From NCBI GenBank assembly GCA_030167865.1, contig JALAGF010005890.1, positions 1-61,086 on the forward strand: a stretch of DNA of 61,086 nucleotides, in the 5' to 3' direction. Source of the stretch: Craspedostauros australis. Taxonomy: Eukaryota. The position numbers were made by a program, and so were the translations under genes. Below the pieces are notes generated by a model. That model made no database searches, was not told where the DNA came from, and saw only the letters and a list, made by a program, of their open reading frames with translations. The number at the start of each line of letters is the position of its first letter. Within the stretch, counting starts at the first letter, position 1. Below are positions 47,388-58,707 of this stretch, piece by piece.

Positions 47388-48956
47388 ATGATGAGACGAG
47401 TCCAAGCCGTGGCGTTCGCGGCACTATTGCTGTCATTGTCAGCCGTTGGCGGTGACGCAGCCACGAGCACCAAGGCATCCTCCGTCACCTCATCACCGGC
47501 GAAGAACCAGCAGCGATCGATCCGCAGCATCGAAAGCACAAGCGCTGTGCCGTCGCGTTTGGCGACGCTATCAGACCTACGCGGTGGTGCCCGTGTGAGA
47601 TTCGGACGTGCAGGATCGGCGGAACCCGTCGCCAAGGTGGAAGCAGCAGCGACGAATGCCGGTCAGAAGAAGGACGATGGCATCAAGAAGGCATCCATCC
47701 CGACGTCCGTCTTCAACCTGGCCAACAACGTCGCCGGAGCTGGCATCTTGACCCTCTCCGGTGCAAAGGCGAGCGGCACGGGATGGATCCCATCCATCCT
47801 CATGAGCGTGTCGCTGTCCATGTGCGCGGCACACACCTTCATGCTCATTGCCAAGGCATGCGACTTGACGGATGAAGATTCCTTCAAGGGTTTGTGGACC
47901 AAGGCCTTCGGTCCAAAAACTGCCTTCATCGTCGATTCCATGGTCTTCGTGCAGTGCTTCTGCGTCTCCGTCATCTACACCGGGCTGCTGGGAGATGTCG
48001 TCTCCGCCTTGCTTGATTCCGCCACCTTCAACGTGCCATCGGTGCTGGCGAGCCGGGCTGGTATCATCGTGGCTGCCGCCATCTCCGTGCTGTATCCATT
48101 GAACCTCATTCGCGATCTGTCCGCGCTGGGATTCACCTCCATCCTGGGTCTCTGCGCCGTGCTGTACACCGTCTTCTTCATCATCGTTCGGTCGTTGGAC
48201 GGCACGTACGCACTGGGAGGCGCCGGCAAGGCAGTCGGAAAGTTCGTCGCCGACAGCGTAATTGCCAAGCCCGATTTCACCAAGTCCACCATGTGGAACA
48301 TTGACTTCAACGTGCTCGTGCTCATGGCGAATTTAGGCTTGTCCTACATTGCGCATTACAACGGCCCGTCCTACTGGCAGGCGTTGGACCAAGCCACCGT
48401 CCCGCGATTCCGTCGCGTCTCGGTCTGCGCCTATGCGATCCTCGCCATCCTGTACACGGCCACGATGGTCGCCGGATACGCCACCTTCGGCGACACCTGC
48501 CAGGGAACCATCCTGCTCAACTACCATCCATCCGACATGCTGTCGACGTTGGGCAAGACGGCCACGGCCGCGAGTCTCACATTCGGCTTTCCGTTGATAT
48601 CGCGCGGAGCCCGCGAAGGTTTCAAGAACGCCATGTCGGCGCTGGGAATGCCGGCCGTCGCGGATCCAAAGAATCACGTCCCGCTGGTCACCATCATGCT
48701 GTGCTGCACCACGTTCCTCGCCATCACGGCCAGCGACATCAAGTTGATCGCAGGATTGACGGGCGCCATCATGGGAAGTTCGCTCGTCTACATCTGCCCG
48801 ACCCTGATCTACTCCCGCATCGTCATGAAGCTCAAGGGCAAGGACAGCCCGGAGTACCGCAAGGCGCGTTTGAACTTGCTCTTCGTTCCATTTGGCCTCT
48901 TCGTCGCTGCCATGGGTGTCACCATGACACTCAAGAACACGATACTCAAGAACTAA
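47388..48956 (+). CDS. Amino acid transporter, AAAP/SLC38-like family, with N-terminal signal peptide
   Basis: SVFNLANNVAGAGILTL, LRFTS-like LGFTS, SYIAHYN, GYATFG..ILLNY; many TM segments. Confidence 0.85.
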   Translation: MMRRVQAVAFAALLLSLSAVGGDAATSTKASSVTSSPAKNQQRSIRSIESTSAVPSRLATLSDLRGGARVRFGRAGSAEPVAKVEAAATNAGQKKDDGIKKASIPTSVFNLANNVAGAGILTLSGAKASGTGWIPSILMSVSLSMCAAHTFMLIAKACDLTDEDSFKGLWTKAFGPKTAFIVDSMVFVQCFCVSVIYTGLLGDVVSALLDSATFNVPSVLASRAGIIVAAAISVLYPLNLIRDLSALGFTSILGLCAVLYTVFFIIVRSLDGTYALGGAGKAVGKFVADSVIAKPDFTKSTMWNIDFNVLVLMANLGLSYIAHYNGPSYWQALDQATVPRFRRVSVCAYAILAILYTATMVAGYATFGDTCQGTILLNYHPSDMLSTLGKTATAASLTFGFPLISRGAREGFKNAMSALGMPAVADPKNHVPLVTIMLCCTTFLAITASDIKLIAGLTGAIMGSSLVYICPTLIYSRIVMKLKGKDSPEYRKARLNLLFVPFGLFVAAMGVTMTLKNTILKN

Positions 48957-49913
48957 TACTAACGATTCCCAACTGCAACGCTGCTGTATGCTAATGTTCT
49001 ACGAGAAAAGAAGAGAATAGTATAGTACTCCAATCAGAACCGTCTACTCTATTCCAATTGTCTTACTATACTCCGCCGTTCGGCATGGCTGTAAATCGTT
49101 GGCACATAGTAGTCGCTTCATTGCAGCTTCTTCTCTTGCATTGTCGAATCTGGAACGGACATCGACGAGGATCTTGGTTTCCGCACGAAGAAACACCAAA
49201 CCAAGCACGGAAGGTAAGGCGCCAAAATGATCCACTGCCGGCTGGTTGATTCCTCTCTCAACTCCCAAAGGCAAACGCCGACGCACGCGACGCTGCAGAC
49301 GAGGTAAAACGCCATCACGGCATCGTAGTTCACATCCTCATTCGGTGTCAGCAGCGACCCGGCCATTTTCGCTGTCTCTCTACTCTACGGGCGCCAAGTA
49401 TTATTTTATTCGTGGAGATTCTGGTAGGCTTCGAATGCAGACTGCGATGGCTGCTCGATGGCAAAGTATTCTTCAACGATGCAATTCCTCAGCTATGCCT
49501 GTTTGTTTGGTTCTTCCTCATCGAGGCAGCTTGTTGTGGAGGATAATTGTGCGTACTCGTACGTAAGTTGGCGCCAAACAGTGTGGATGCGTTTGGATTT
49601 GTTTGGTGCTTTCTTGGTTTGTCTTTGGGAACGGACGAGTCGAGACGGGTCAAACGGCAGAATACACGTAATTTGGGAACTGGAGTGGAGCACCATACGC
49701 GTCGTCTACTTCATGCTGTTACAATGCGCGCATCTCTCGACCTACCCTCTTTCGAAAAGACGTCAGGTGCGTCCTTAATGATTATGATAATATGCGCATG
49801 GAGGGCGATGGCCATGAACGCGATTCTGTGCCATACTCGTACAATATGTTGGACAAAATCAACTAGAGTGGAAGATGATGTCATCATGTCTTAAATCCCC
49901 TCGATGGTGCACT

Positions 49914-51620
49914 TCACAAACTTCCTCGACTGCTTGATGATGAGAGAATGGCCGTTCTCTTGCATCTTGTGCTGGTGCTGCCATTCAAGGCGGGGAGCGC
50001 TTTCCCCAGTGCTTTGCCTTTGGTCTCAGGCAGCTGCGTCGGTACGAAGGCCGTGACGAGGCTCACGCTGAACATGATGAGGCCGATGGTTTGTGGAGCG
50101 ACGCCAGGCGTGACGATATACGGAGCAAAGAATCCACCGATTCGTGCTGCTGTGGTGGCAACACAGTGCCCTGTGGCCCGGATATCCGTCGCGAGCAGCT
50201 CGGATGTGAAGACCCACGTGATGCATGTCGCACCCATCATGCAGAATCGCACGAGGAGGGCCAATACAATCATCGTCGCTCTTGACGTGGCATCTGCGTC
50301 GTCGAGAAGTCCCATCATCAGAAGCGCTGCTCCACCCAGCAAATAGAGCACACACTGCGATGTCACTCTTCCCCAATCGTCGATGACGAGAATGGCGGCC
50401 GCCAGTCCCACCGCTTCCGCCGAGCCGCTGATGAAGATAGCATTGTAGTCGAAACTGTATGATTTTTCTGCGCTGCCGTCGTCGGTTGCGCTATCGTTGT
50501 GCTCGTCGTGCATGCCTGAAAACAGGGAAGAGATCAGCAAGACGGCACCGAAGTAAAGGACAGCAAGTCCGAACCACATGATGCAGAGCTGCATTGTGAG
50601 TTTGATCCGCTTTGGCGACAGGAGTTCTGCCCAAGAGTTGTCGCTGGTTGATGTAGCTTCGTCGTAGGTGATGATGATATTGGTGGGGAACACCTCCATC
50701 CCATCTTTTCCATTCTTCTCGGCACCGTGTCGCAAAATCGCCACCGCTTCGTCATGGCGACCCTTGGTCAGCAACCAACGAGGCGATTCGGGTACGAACC
50801 AAAATCCAAGGATCATGGACAGCACGCACGGAATGGCACAGTAGACGACGAACCACCGCCAAGCTTGGCCATCGCCACCCCCGATCGTCCACTGAGCAAG
50901 AAGCGTGGTCAGCAACGTCCCAGCTGTCCAGAAAAAGTGGATGGGGAGGAGATGCTTGCCACGCCGCGATGTTGGGACGAACTCTGCAAACACATCGAAT
51001 GGAATCGCCAGTCCCCCAACGCCGAATCCAACGATGAAGCGGATGGCGTAAAACCATTCGATTGTGGGAGCCAGGGCGGTGGCGATCCCAAACACAGAAA
51101 TTATCATCGCAGTTGCCAGATATACGGGCTTTCGGCCAATGCGATCTGCCAAAGGTCCCAGAACCAATGTCCCTGCCGTAGCACCGGCAAACACGATGGA
51201 TACTACGGCATCCATCTGGCGTTCGCTGAGGTCCCAATCTGCGTTGAGCACTACAGCCAAAAACGAAAGCATCAAGATCTCGATGGCATCGGACGCGAAG
51301 CACAGCCCAGCAGCGCACATGATCTCGAATTGAAAATGCCCCATGCCAATCAGCTCTATCGCATCGTCAATGTCGATCTGGATTGATCCGTTCACAGAAC
51401 CGCTACCGCCATCCCGCTCAGTTTTGCCGTTGGTGTTTGTGGTGTCATCGGTCCCGCTGATGGTGCTGTTGCTCCGTTCACCATGTGGAGGCCATCGATC
51501 AGCAGACAAACTGGCATCGAAGTTATCAAGCTCTGTGTTGACGTCTTCATTTCGAGGTGTGCAGGAATCGTACGTCCGGAGGGGCGCCTGCCACAGCCGG
51601 GTTGTGTCGGAGCTGCGCAT
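49914..51620 (-). CDS. MFS transporter, SV2-related (SVOP-like)
   Basis: IDDAIELIGMGHFQ, GLCFASDAIEI, LADRIGRK, AEFVPTSRRG, VPESPRWLL, SELLATDIRATG, LPETKGKAL. Confidence 0.9.
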   Translation of the reverse strand: MRSSDTTRLWQAPLRTYDSCTPRNEDVNTELDNFDASLSADRWPPHGERSNSTISGTDDTTNTNGKTERDGGSGSVNGSIQIDIDDAIELIGMGHFQFEIMCAAGLCFASDAIEILMLSFLAVVLNADWDLSERQMDAVVSIVFAGATAGTLVLGPLADRIGRKPVYLATAMIISVFGIATALAPTIEWFYAIRFIVGFGVGGLAIPFDVFAEFVPTSRRGKHLLPIHFFWTAGTLLTTLLAQWTIGGGDGQAWRWFVVYCAIPCVLSMILGFWFVPESPRWLLTKGRHDEAVAILRHGAEKNGKDGMEVFPTNIIITYDEATSTSDNSWAELLSPKRIKLTMQLCIMWFGLAVLYFGAVLLISSLFSGMHDEHNDSATDDGSAEKSYSFDYNAIFISGSAEAVGLAAAILVIDDWGRVTSQCVLYLLGGAALLMMGLLDDADATSRATMIVLALLVRFCMMGATCITWVFTSELLATDIRATGHCVATTAARIGGFFAPYIVTPGVAPQTIGLIMFSVSLVTAFVPTQLPETKGKALGKALPALNGSTSTRCKRTAILSSSSSRGSL

Positions 51621-52058
51621 GTAGCGCTGGGTGTTGTGTTTGTGTGTGTGCTGAACGGCCGGCGCATCCCTGGATCGCTGACCAATTGAGCAGCTCAAGG
51701 AACCAAGGGGAGGGATCGCGGCGCTTGGTGTTGTGTGCTGCCGACATCTCCTCGAGGGTGCGACGAGTCATGCATCGTTCGGCACATTCAGACTTCGTGA
51801 TCAAATGAGAATTTCAATTCGTGACTAAAATGGATGACTGAGTTGTGAAAACACTGACTTGCATCCACCGTGCTGTTCCACCTGGAATCCGTTTCTGGTG
51901 CGTTTTCCACCAACCAACAAGGAACAACGGCAAACACTGGTCATGTTCGTACTTACCTCTGCATCGTCAGAATCACAGCTTCAGACAGGAGGATCGCCGT
52001 CGCCATCATTGTCGTTGTTGTCAACGTCGCCAACGCCGCCATCATCAACAACAGTGCC

Positions 52059-53906
52059 ATGATATCACGGCACATCATCTTCATTGCTGCATGCGTGTCA
52101 GTCGCGTTGCTCATCACGAGCACACCATCTGCCGCCTTTTGTGCGCGATGGAAGTCCACACGTGATTGTCGGGGATTGGCACGGTGGGGACAACCGCACC
52201 AGGGCAACTGCGCTCCAGCTTCAACCCTGCTGCTGGCATCGTCTTCATCTTCATCTCCATCATCGGCGAGCGCGAAATCAAGAGGGCGACCGAAGTCAAA
52301 AGCAAAGCCAAGAACAACACAAACAAAAACAGAGAGAAGGGCACCAGCAATATCAACTGGAAATACAGATGCATCGACAAGTGCTGCTCCAATACGAACA
52401 AAACCAAACATGCCTGTGCGCAGTTTGATGCACACTATTCGATCCCATTTCGGGGATACGAACAACCGTGGTGTCTCGTCCACCAAAGCCTGGGAAAGAA
52501 CAAGGTCATACCTGTACTCCACAGCGGATGCCTTATCCCTCAAGCAAGCTCAAGAAGTCCTTGACTTCCTTTCATCCATCTGTCCTGCATCGACCGCAAA
52601 GAAAGTCGTTCAGGTAGCACCCCAAGTACTAACACAGGATGTGTCCAAGTTCCTTGCACCAGCATCGGAGCATTTCATCAATGTACTAGGAAATGAGGCA
52701 TTCCAGAAAGAGATCGATGATGATCCTCAGCGCTGGCTGTCGAATGTGAAATCCTACCACTCCGAGGTGGCCTGGAACAAACTGGTGAGATATCTCTGCG
52801 ATGACTGGGGCATATCTTCGAGAGCCATCAATAAGCTCAAAGCTTCGACGGTGGTCATACCAACCGAATCGACAGCTAGAATCAACGCATCTCTGACCTA
52901 CTTGGATTCAGTGATGGATACAGAATGGTTGGAGAAACGAAAGAAGACGATATCCACTATCGCCGAACAGCTGATCATCCGTCGGCCAACTACAATCTTG
53001 TTGGACACCAAGACTGTGTTGAAGCCACGCGTTGAGTATCTGATGCGAAGAGTGAACATGACTGAAACNNNNNNNNNNNNNNNNNNNNNNNNNNNNNNNN
53101 NNNNNNNNNNNNNNNNNNTTGAGTATCTGATGCGAAGAGTGAACATGACTGAAACAGATTTCACGGTGTTCATGAACCGAGGTGGTGGAGGGACATTGAC
53201 TTTTTCGTCGGAAGACAAGATCAGACCAATGTTGGAATACCTGCGAACCATGTTGAATCAGCAGGAACTGAAGAAGTGTGTGATGAGAATGCCACTCTTA
53301 CTGAATTTGGCGATAGAGACTTTGCAATCCAAGGTTGAGTTCTTCGATGACATCGAACGACGCCACGTCGCACGTTGGTCTTCTCACACGCTGAACGCAC
53401 AACAAGGAGTGGAAGAGCGATCGCTATCAGTGTGCATACTCACCATTGCACCAGGTGTCTTTTCCCTCGACTTCTCAACAACTGTTCAGCCCAAAATCGA
53501 TTTCATCAGCAAAGTGTGGGGTGAAGCCTCATTGATTCAGAACTTGCGCCGGTTTCCCAGACTTATCGGGCTGAATGTAGAAAGCAACCTCAAACCAACG
53601 CTCGACTTTTACAATCGAACTGGCTACGTGCTGCTGTCGGACGATTGGGAAATATGCCAACAAGAGACGGCACTGTCGGTTTCGTATGTGGCTACATCGC
53701 TGAAAACTCGGTTATTGCCACGATGGCACTTCGTCCGATCGCAGAACCCTTCGTATTGCCTATCACTGAGTTCCATTTGCACATACACAGATGTTCGCTT
53801 TTGTAAGCACGCAGGTCTTGATCTGGAACAGTATTTGGAGTTCAAGAAGGAGCATGGACCAGCCCTTGAGCTCCCAGATCCGTCAGATCTTCAATTCGAT
53901 GAGTAG
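52059..53906 (+). CDS. Plastid-targeted mTERF-repeat protein, copy 1 (~586 aa after removing the gap artefact)
   Basis: Signal peptide ending SAA-F. mTERF-like repeats: RRPTTILLDTKTVLKPRVEYL, MPLLLNLAIETLQSKVEFF, FPRLIGLNVESNLKPTLDFY, SLKTRLLPRW, TYTDVRFCK. Confidence 0.8.
   Translation: MISRHIIFIAACVSVALLITSTPSAAFCARWKSTRDCRGLARWGQPHQGNCAPASTLLLASSSSSSPSSASAKSRGRPKSKAKPRTTQTKTERRAPAISTGNTDASTSAAPIRTKPNMPVRSLMHTIRSHFGDTNNRGVSSTKAWERTRSYLYSTADALSLKQAQEVLDFLSSICPASTAKKVVQVAPQVLTQDVSKFLAPASEHFINVLGNEAFQKEIDDDPQRWLSNVKSYHSEVAWNKLVRYLCDDWGISSRAINKLKASTVVIPTESTARINASLTYLDSVMDTEWLEKRKKTISTIAEQLIIRRPTTILLDTKTVLKPRVEYLMRRVNMTEXXXXXXXXXXXXXXXXXXEYLMRRVNMTETDFTVFMNRGGGGTLTFSSEDKIRPMLEYLRTMLNQQELKKCVMRMPLLLNLAIETLQSKVEFFDDIERRHVARWSSHTLNAQQGVEERSLSVCILTIAPGVFSLDFSTTVQPKIDFISKVWGEASLIQNLRRFPRLIGLNVESNLKPTLDFYNRTGYVLLSDDWEICQQETALSVSYVATSLKTRLLPRWHFVRSQNPSYCLSLSSICTYTDVRFCKHAGLDLEQYLEFKKEHGPALELPDPSDLQFDE
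53069..53118. other. Assembly gap (50 N) flanked by an identical 37-nt sequence
   Basis: 53032-53068 equals 53119-53155, and the paralog has this sequence only once. Confidence 0.85.
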
Positions 53907-54124
53907 AAAGAGCATTCACTGCGATATCTCCCCCTACCAATATGAAGGCTATATCTCATAATGTAACGCCATTCGACGAGTGCGAGTACGAGAATGACAA
54001 CCATCCGAGTGTTGTGCTGCATGAGTAGACTGCGTCGTCCAACGTTTCGTCGCTCTCTGACTATCAGATGCACACTCTATTGTTTATTACTACGTGCTAG
54101 TTCACCGTAGAGAGCAATGGTGCT

Positions 54125-55080
54125 TGTTAGAACGAAATCAAAGAGGGGATTCTGCACCGAAATGTAGAGTGATCAGATCGTTGTTGAGGTGAGGATGAGT
54201 GAGTGTTATTGAGTTATTCGTATGGGTACGACTAGGTAGAATGCTGTCAAGCTCCAAAGATTGAGATCTTGGAACTGTGAGCATGAGTGTTGAGATGTAC
54301 ATGTGAGTATATGTCGAGATGTACGTGTATATGTGCATCGTTCACCCGTTATTCTCTCATACGCACTTGGACGGTATAACTAAATTCGTGTCAATAGTAT
54401 GCTGTGATTTGTCAGAATTACAGTGGAAATGGAACACACGAAAAGGGGCAAGACTTCTGGAGGAAATTTGCAAATGATGATTTCTGAGAGAATTGGAAGA
54501 TCGTCCGTCCATCCATCAATGGTACCAAGGGAATCTCAAGGTGCTTCCCAACTAAACCTCAGATGACGATATCATCTGACAGACTCCTGCATCACCAATG
54601 GAACATGACATCTGGAGAGCAGAAGGACGCCTACTGACGTCGACAGGATGTCATCGTGTCACCACGTCGACATCTGTCTCCAGGTCAGAACAGGAGGCAA
54701 AGATCCGATGACCCATGAAGATCATGGATACTGAAGGTGAACTTCAAATGGTAAGTACTCATGGAGTAGGAACCAGTACTGAATGAACGGAGTGTCAAAT
54801 GCGGAGTATGCGTCGAACACGGAGTATCGTGTAACACGAGCACACAATATTGAGAGAGAGAGAGAGAGAGTACAGAGAGGAGCGAGAGAGCATCTTGCAC
54901 ACCGACTCATAGTCGGAAACCGAATCTACAAAACAGATTGAAGCACCGAGAGCATCGGGCAAGAGAACAAATGGACACCAAGAGGATCAGAGTGCCAATG
55001 TAATGAAACAGCAAACAACCAACTATCAGCCAACACCATCTTCCATGATCGTAGGTTACCAATCATGGAACTTGCCAACA
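54125..55080. mobile_element. Solo-LTR-like element, family A
   Basis: TGTTAG...CCAACA termini. Its right half is an inverted, diverged copy of 60617-61086. No ORF and no TSD; left boundary inferred from the TGTT motif only. Confidence 0.65.
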
Positions 55081-55118
55081 CATGAGGGGCAACTTGCAGG
55101 TCTTATGCAAGTGTAGGT

Positions 55119-55869
55119 TGTTGGAAATCCGGGGTTATAGTATGAATCTAGTCTGGCATTAGACCATACTGTTATAGAACTGTGAGAACAATCTCCTTGA
55201 CTCTCTTCAATTCCAATTCAATAGCAAGCATGATCCGTAGCAGTTCACCATAGTCATACACTTGTCCATGGTTGCTTTCATCTGCATCATCATCTTGCTC
55301 TCATGCTCTCCCCTGTAGATTCGTCATGCATTTCAGTAGTGTCATGCCTCTTCTGCATTCAGGCAGTAGTTCTTGTACCCATACAGGCACCTCAGCATGC
55401 GTCTCAGACTGATCGATCCCACATTGTCTTTGATTCCTCAGTATTCTTCCTACGCCACCACAATGGTCTCAGCGATCATGTTTTTCTGATGTCACATCAT
55501 CATTCGTGCTCTGGGGTGAAGAAGGGATTGCCTCCGTTTCTCCCATTGGGGTGACTCTTGTCCGTCGATGTGCGTCGACATACTTGGGATTTATCAACAG
55601 TATTGCACATAGTCTTGGTTCATGTGCAAATACATCCCTAGTGGTCGAATCATAGGTTCTCCTTCATTTTAATGGTGGTTCATGAATAGACTCCATTGTG
55701 GGACATGACCGTGTTTGGTCTCAGTTGCAGAGGGAGGAGTGAGGAGGGACAAGCTACAAGGTGATCCGAGTGTGGTCAACAGAGTTGAATCCATCGAGTC
55801 ATGAAAACGTTATTGGGAGGTGCGTCAATAATGGGTATCTTGATAAAGTCGTGCCTCGGATTCCTGACA
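55119..55869 (+). mobile_element. Solo-LTR-like element, family B (copy 1)
   Basis: Starts TGTTGGAAATCCGGGGTTATAG and ends GATTCCTGACA, like 56966-57743. No TSD. Confidence 0.75.
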
Positions 55870-56162
55870 AAGAGTACTCCACCAATACATCCTTCGATTC
55901 CACGTGGAACTTCGTGAGACCAACGACCATGTTGTGACACTTGTTCTCAATTTTTCGTTTCGCGATCTGCGACAAAACCCAGATGCGCCAACCAACAAGG
56001 AACAGCCACAGACACTGTTCATGTTCACGCTTGTGCATCGTCAGGATCACAGCTTCGGACAGGAGGATCACCATCACCATCATTGCCATTGTTGCCAACG
56101 TCGCTACTACCATCAATATTACCACAGCTATCGCCAACGCCGCCATCATCAACAACAGTGCC

Positions 56163-58707
56163 ATGATATCACGGCACATCATCTTCATGGCTGCGTGCGT
56201 GTCAGTCGCGTTGCTCATCACGAGCACACCATCTGCTGCCTTTTGTGCGCGATGGAAGTCCACACGTGATTGTCGGGGATTGGCACGGTGGGGACAACCG
56301 CATCATGGCAACTGCGCTCCAGCTTCAACCCTGCTGCTGGCATCGTCTTCATCTTCATCTCCATCATCGGCGAGCGCGAAATCAAGAGGGCGACCGAAGT
56401 CAAAAGCAAAGCCAAGAACAACACAAACAAAAACAGAGAGAAGGGCACCAGCAATATCAACTGGAAATACAGATGCATCGACAAGTGCTGCTCCAATACA
56501 AACAAAACCAAACATGCATGTGCACAGTTTGATGCACACTATTCAGTCACATTTCGGGGATACGAACAACCGTGGTGTCTCGTCCACCAAAGCCTGGGCA
56601 AGAACAAGGACATACGTGCACTTCGCAGCGCATACCTTATCCCTCAAGCAAGCTCAAGAAGTCCTTGACTTGCTTTCATCCATCTGTCCTGCATCGACCG
56701 CAAAGAAAGTCGTTCAGGTAGCACCCTCAGTTCTAACAAAGGATGTGTCCAAGTTCCTTGCACCAGCATCGGAGCATTTCATCAATGTATTAGGAAATGA
56801 GGCATTCCAGAAAGAGATCGATGATGATCCTCGGCGCTGGCTGTCGAATGTGAAATCCTACAACTCCGAGTTGGCCTGGAACAAACTGGTGAGATATCTC
56901 CGCGATGACTGGGGCATATCTTCGAGAGCCATCAACAAGCTCAAAGCTTCGAGGGTGGTCATGTCTGTTGGAAATCCGGGGTTATAGTAGTAGACTAATC
57001 TGTTATCAGTCTGTACCGTTTTAGAACTGTGAGCACAACATGCTCATCTCCTTTTGATTCCAATTCACAACAAGCATGATCTGCAGTAGCCACCCGAGGT
57101 TACACCCTTTAGCTTGGCTCCTTTCGTCTGCATCTTCATCTTGCTTTCATCGTGGTTCATCGTTTGCTTGGCTGAGGATTGGAGAGCACCTACATTCGTC
57201 AAGTTCATACTTGTAGACCTGTAGGTACCTCTCCTTCGGTCTCCTGTCACCTCACTGGTCCCACTTCATTTCAGTTCCTCCCTCTGGTCATCTCGATGGT
57301 TGCCTTTGGATACTTGGAACTTATTGTCATCTGGATCGTGGTCTTGGGTGAATAGGGATCGCCTCTGTTACGCTTTCTCACATTAGGTTCTCAGAGACGC
57401 GTCGACTTGTTCAGATATATTGGTTGTCGCGCTCACTCGATTCACTCATGGGCTGGTGTGTTGCCATCCTCATAGATCTCTCNNNNNNNNNNNNNNNNNN
57501 NNNNNNNNNNNNNNNNNNNNNNNNNNNNNNNNNNNNNNNNNNNNNNNNNNNNNNNNNNNNNNNNNNNNNNNNNNNNNNNNNNNNNNNNNNNNNNNNNNNN
57601 NNNNNNNNNNNNNNAGATGCTATTGGGGGTTGCGGCAATCATGGGTATCTTTGCACTTAATACCATTCCGGTTCTAGTCAGTCCTCATGGGAGCTGCGGT
57701 AGAATAGGGTATCTTTGCAAAGTCGTACCCCCGATTCCTGACACATGTCAACCGAATCGATAGCTAGAATCAACGCATCTCTGACCTACTTGGATTCAGT
57801 GATGGATACAGAATGGTTGGAGAAACGAAAGAAGACGACATCCACTATCGCCGAACAGCTGATCATGCGTTCGCCAACTACAATCTTGTTGGACACCAAG
57901 ACTGTGTTGAAGCCACGCGTTGAGTATCTGATGCGAAGAGTGAACATGACTGAAACAGATTTCATGGTGTTCATGAACCGACGTGGTGGAGGCACATTGG
58001 CTTATTCGTCGGAAGACAAGATCAGACCAATGTTGGAATACCTGCGAACCATGTTGAATGAGCAGGAACTGAAGAAGTGTGTGATGCAGATGCCACTCTT
58101 ACTGAATTTGGCTGTAGAGACTTTGCAATCCAAGGTTGAGTTCTTCGATGACATCGAACGACGCCACTTTGAACGTTGGTCTTCTCACACGCCGAACGTG
58201 CAACAAGGAGTGGAAGAGCGATCGCTAGCAGTGTGCATACTCACCACTGGACCACCTGTCTTTTGTCTCGACTTCTCAACAACTGTTCAGCCCAAAATCG
58301 ATTTCATCAGCAAAGTGTGGGGTGAAGCCTCATTGATTCAGAACTTGCGCCAGTTTCCCAGACTTATCGGGCTGAATGTAGAAAGCAACCTCAAGCCTAC
58401 GCTCGACTTTTACAACCGAACTGGCTACGTGCTGGTGTCGGACGATTGGGAAATATGCCAACAAGAGACGGCACTGTCGGTTTCGTATGTGGCTACATCG
58501 CTGAAAACTCGGTTATTGCCACGATGGTACTTCGTCCGATCGCAGAACCCTTCGTATCGCCCATCACTGAATTCCATTTGCACATACACAGATGCTGACT
58601 TTTGTAAGCACGCAGGTCTTGATCTGGAACAGTATTTGGAGTTCAAGAAGAAGCATGGGCCAGCCCTTGAACTCCCAGATCCGTCAGATCTTCAACTCGA
58701 CGAGTAG
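56163..58707 (+). pseudogene. mTERF copy 2, interrupted by an LTR-like insertion (5' part 56163-56965, 3' ORF 57745-58707)
   Basis: Removing 56966-57743 and one TSD copy restores a frame collinear with copy 1. No other stop or frameshift seen. Confidence 0.85.
56966..57743 (+). mobile_element. Solo-LTR-like element, family B (copy 2), with 6-bp TSD CATGTC
   Basis: TG...CA ends with imperfect inverted termini. CATGTC at 56960-56965 and 57744-57749. Contains an N gap (57483-57614), so true length is unknown. Confidence 0.85.

Noticed and set aside
49914..51620. MFS transporter as the ArsJ partner of the Gap3-type GAPDH
   Set aside because: Its motifs (PESPRWL, LPETKG, DAIE.IG.G.FQ) are SVOP/sugar-porter type, and it lies ~9 kb away.
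53032..53155. Apparent internal repeat (EYLMRRVNMTE twice) in mTERF copy 1
   Set aside because: An identical 37 nt flanks an N gap and the paralog has one copy, so this is a scaffolding artefact.
55119..57743. Single LTR element with two LTRs that captured the mTERF 5' half
   Set aside because: The outer flanks do not match, the two copies are strongly diverged internally, and the second copy has its own TSD.
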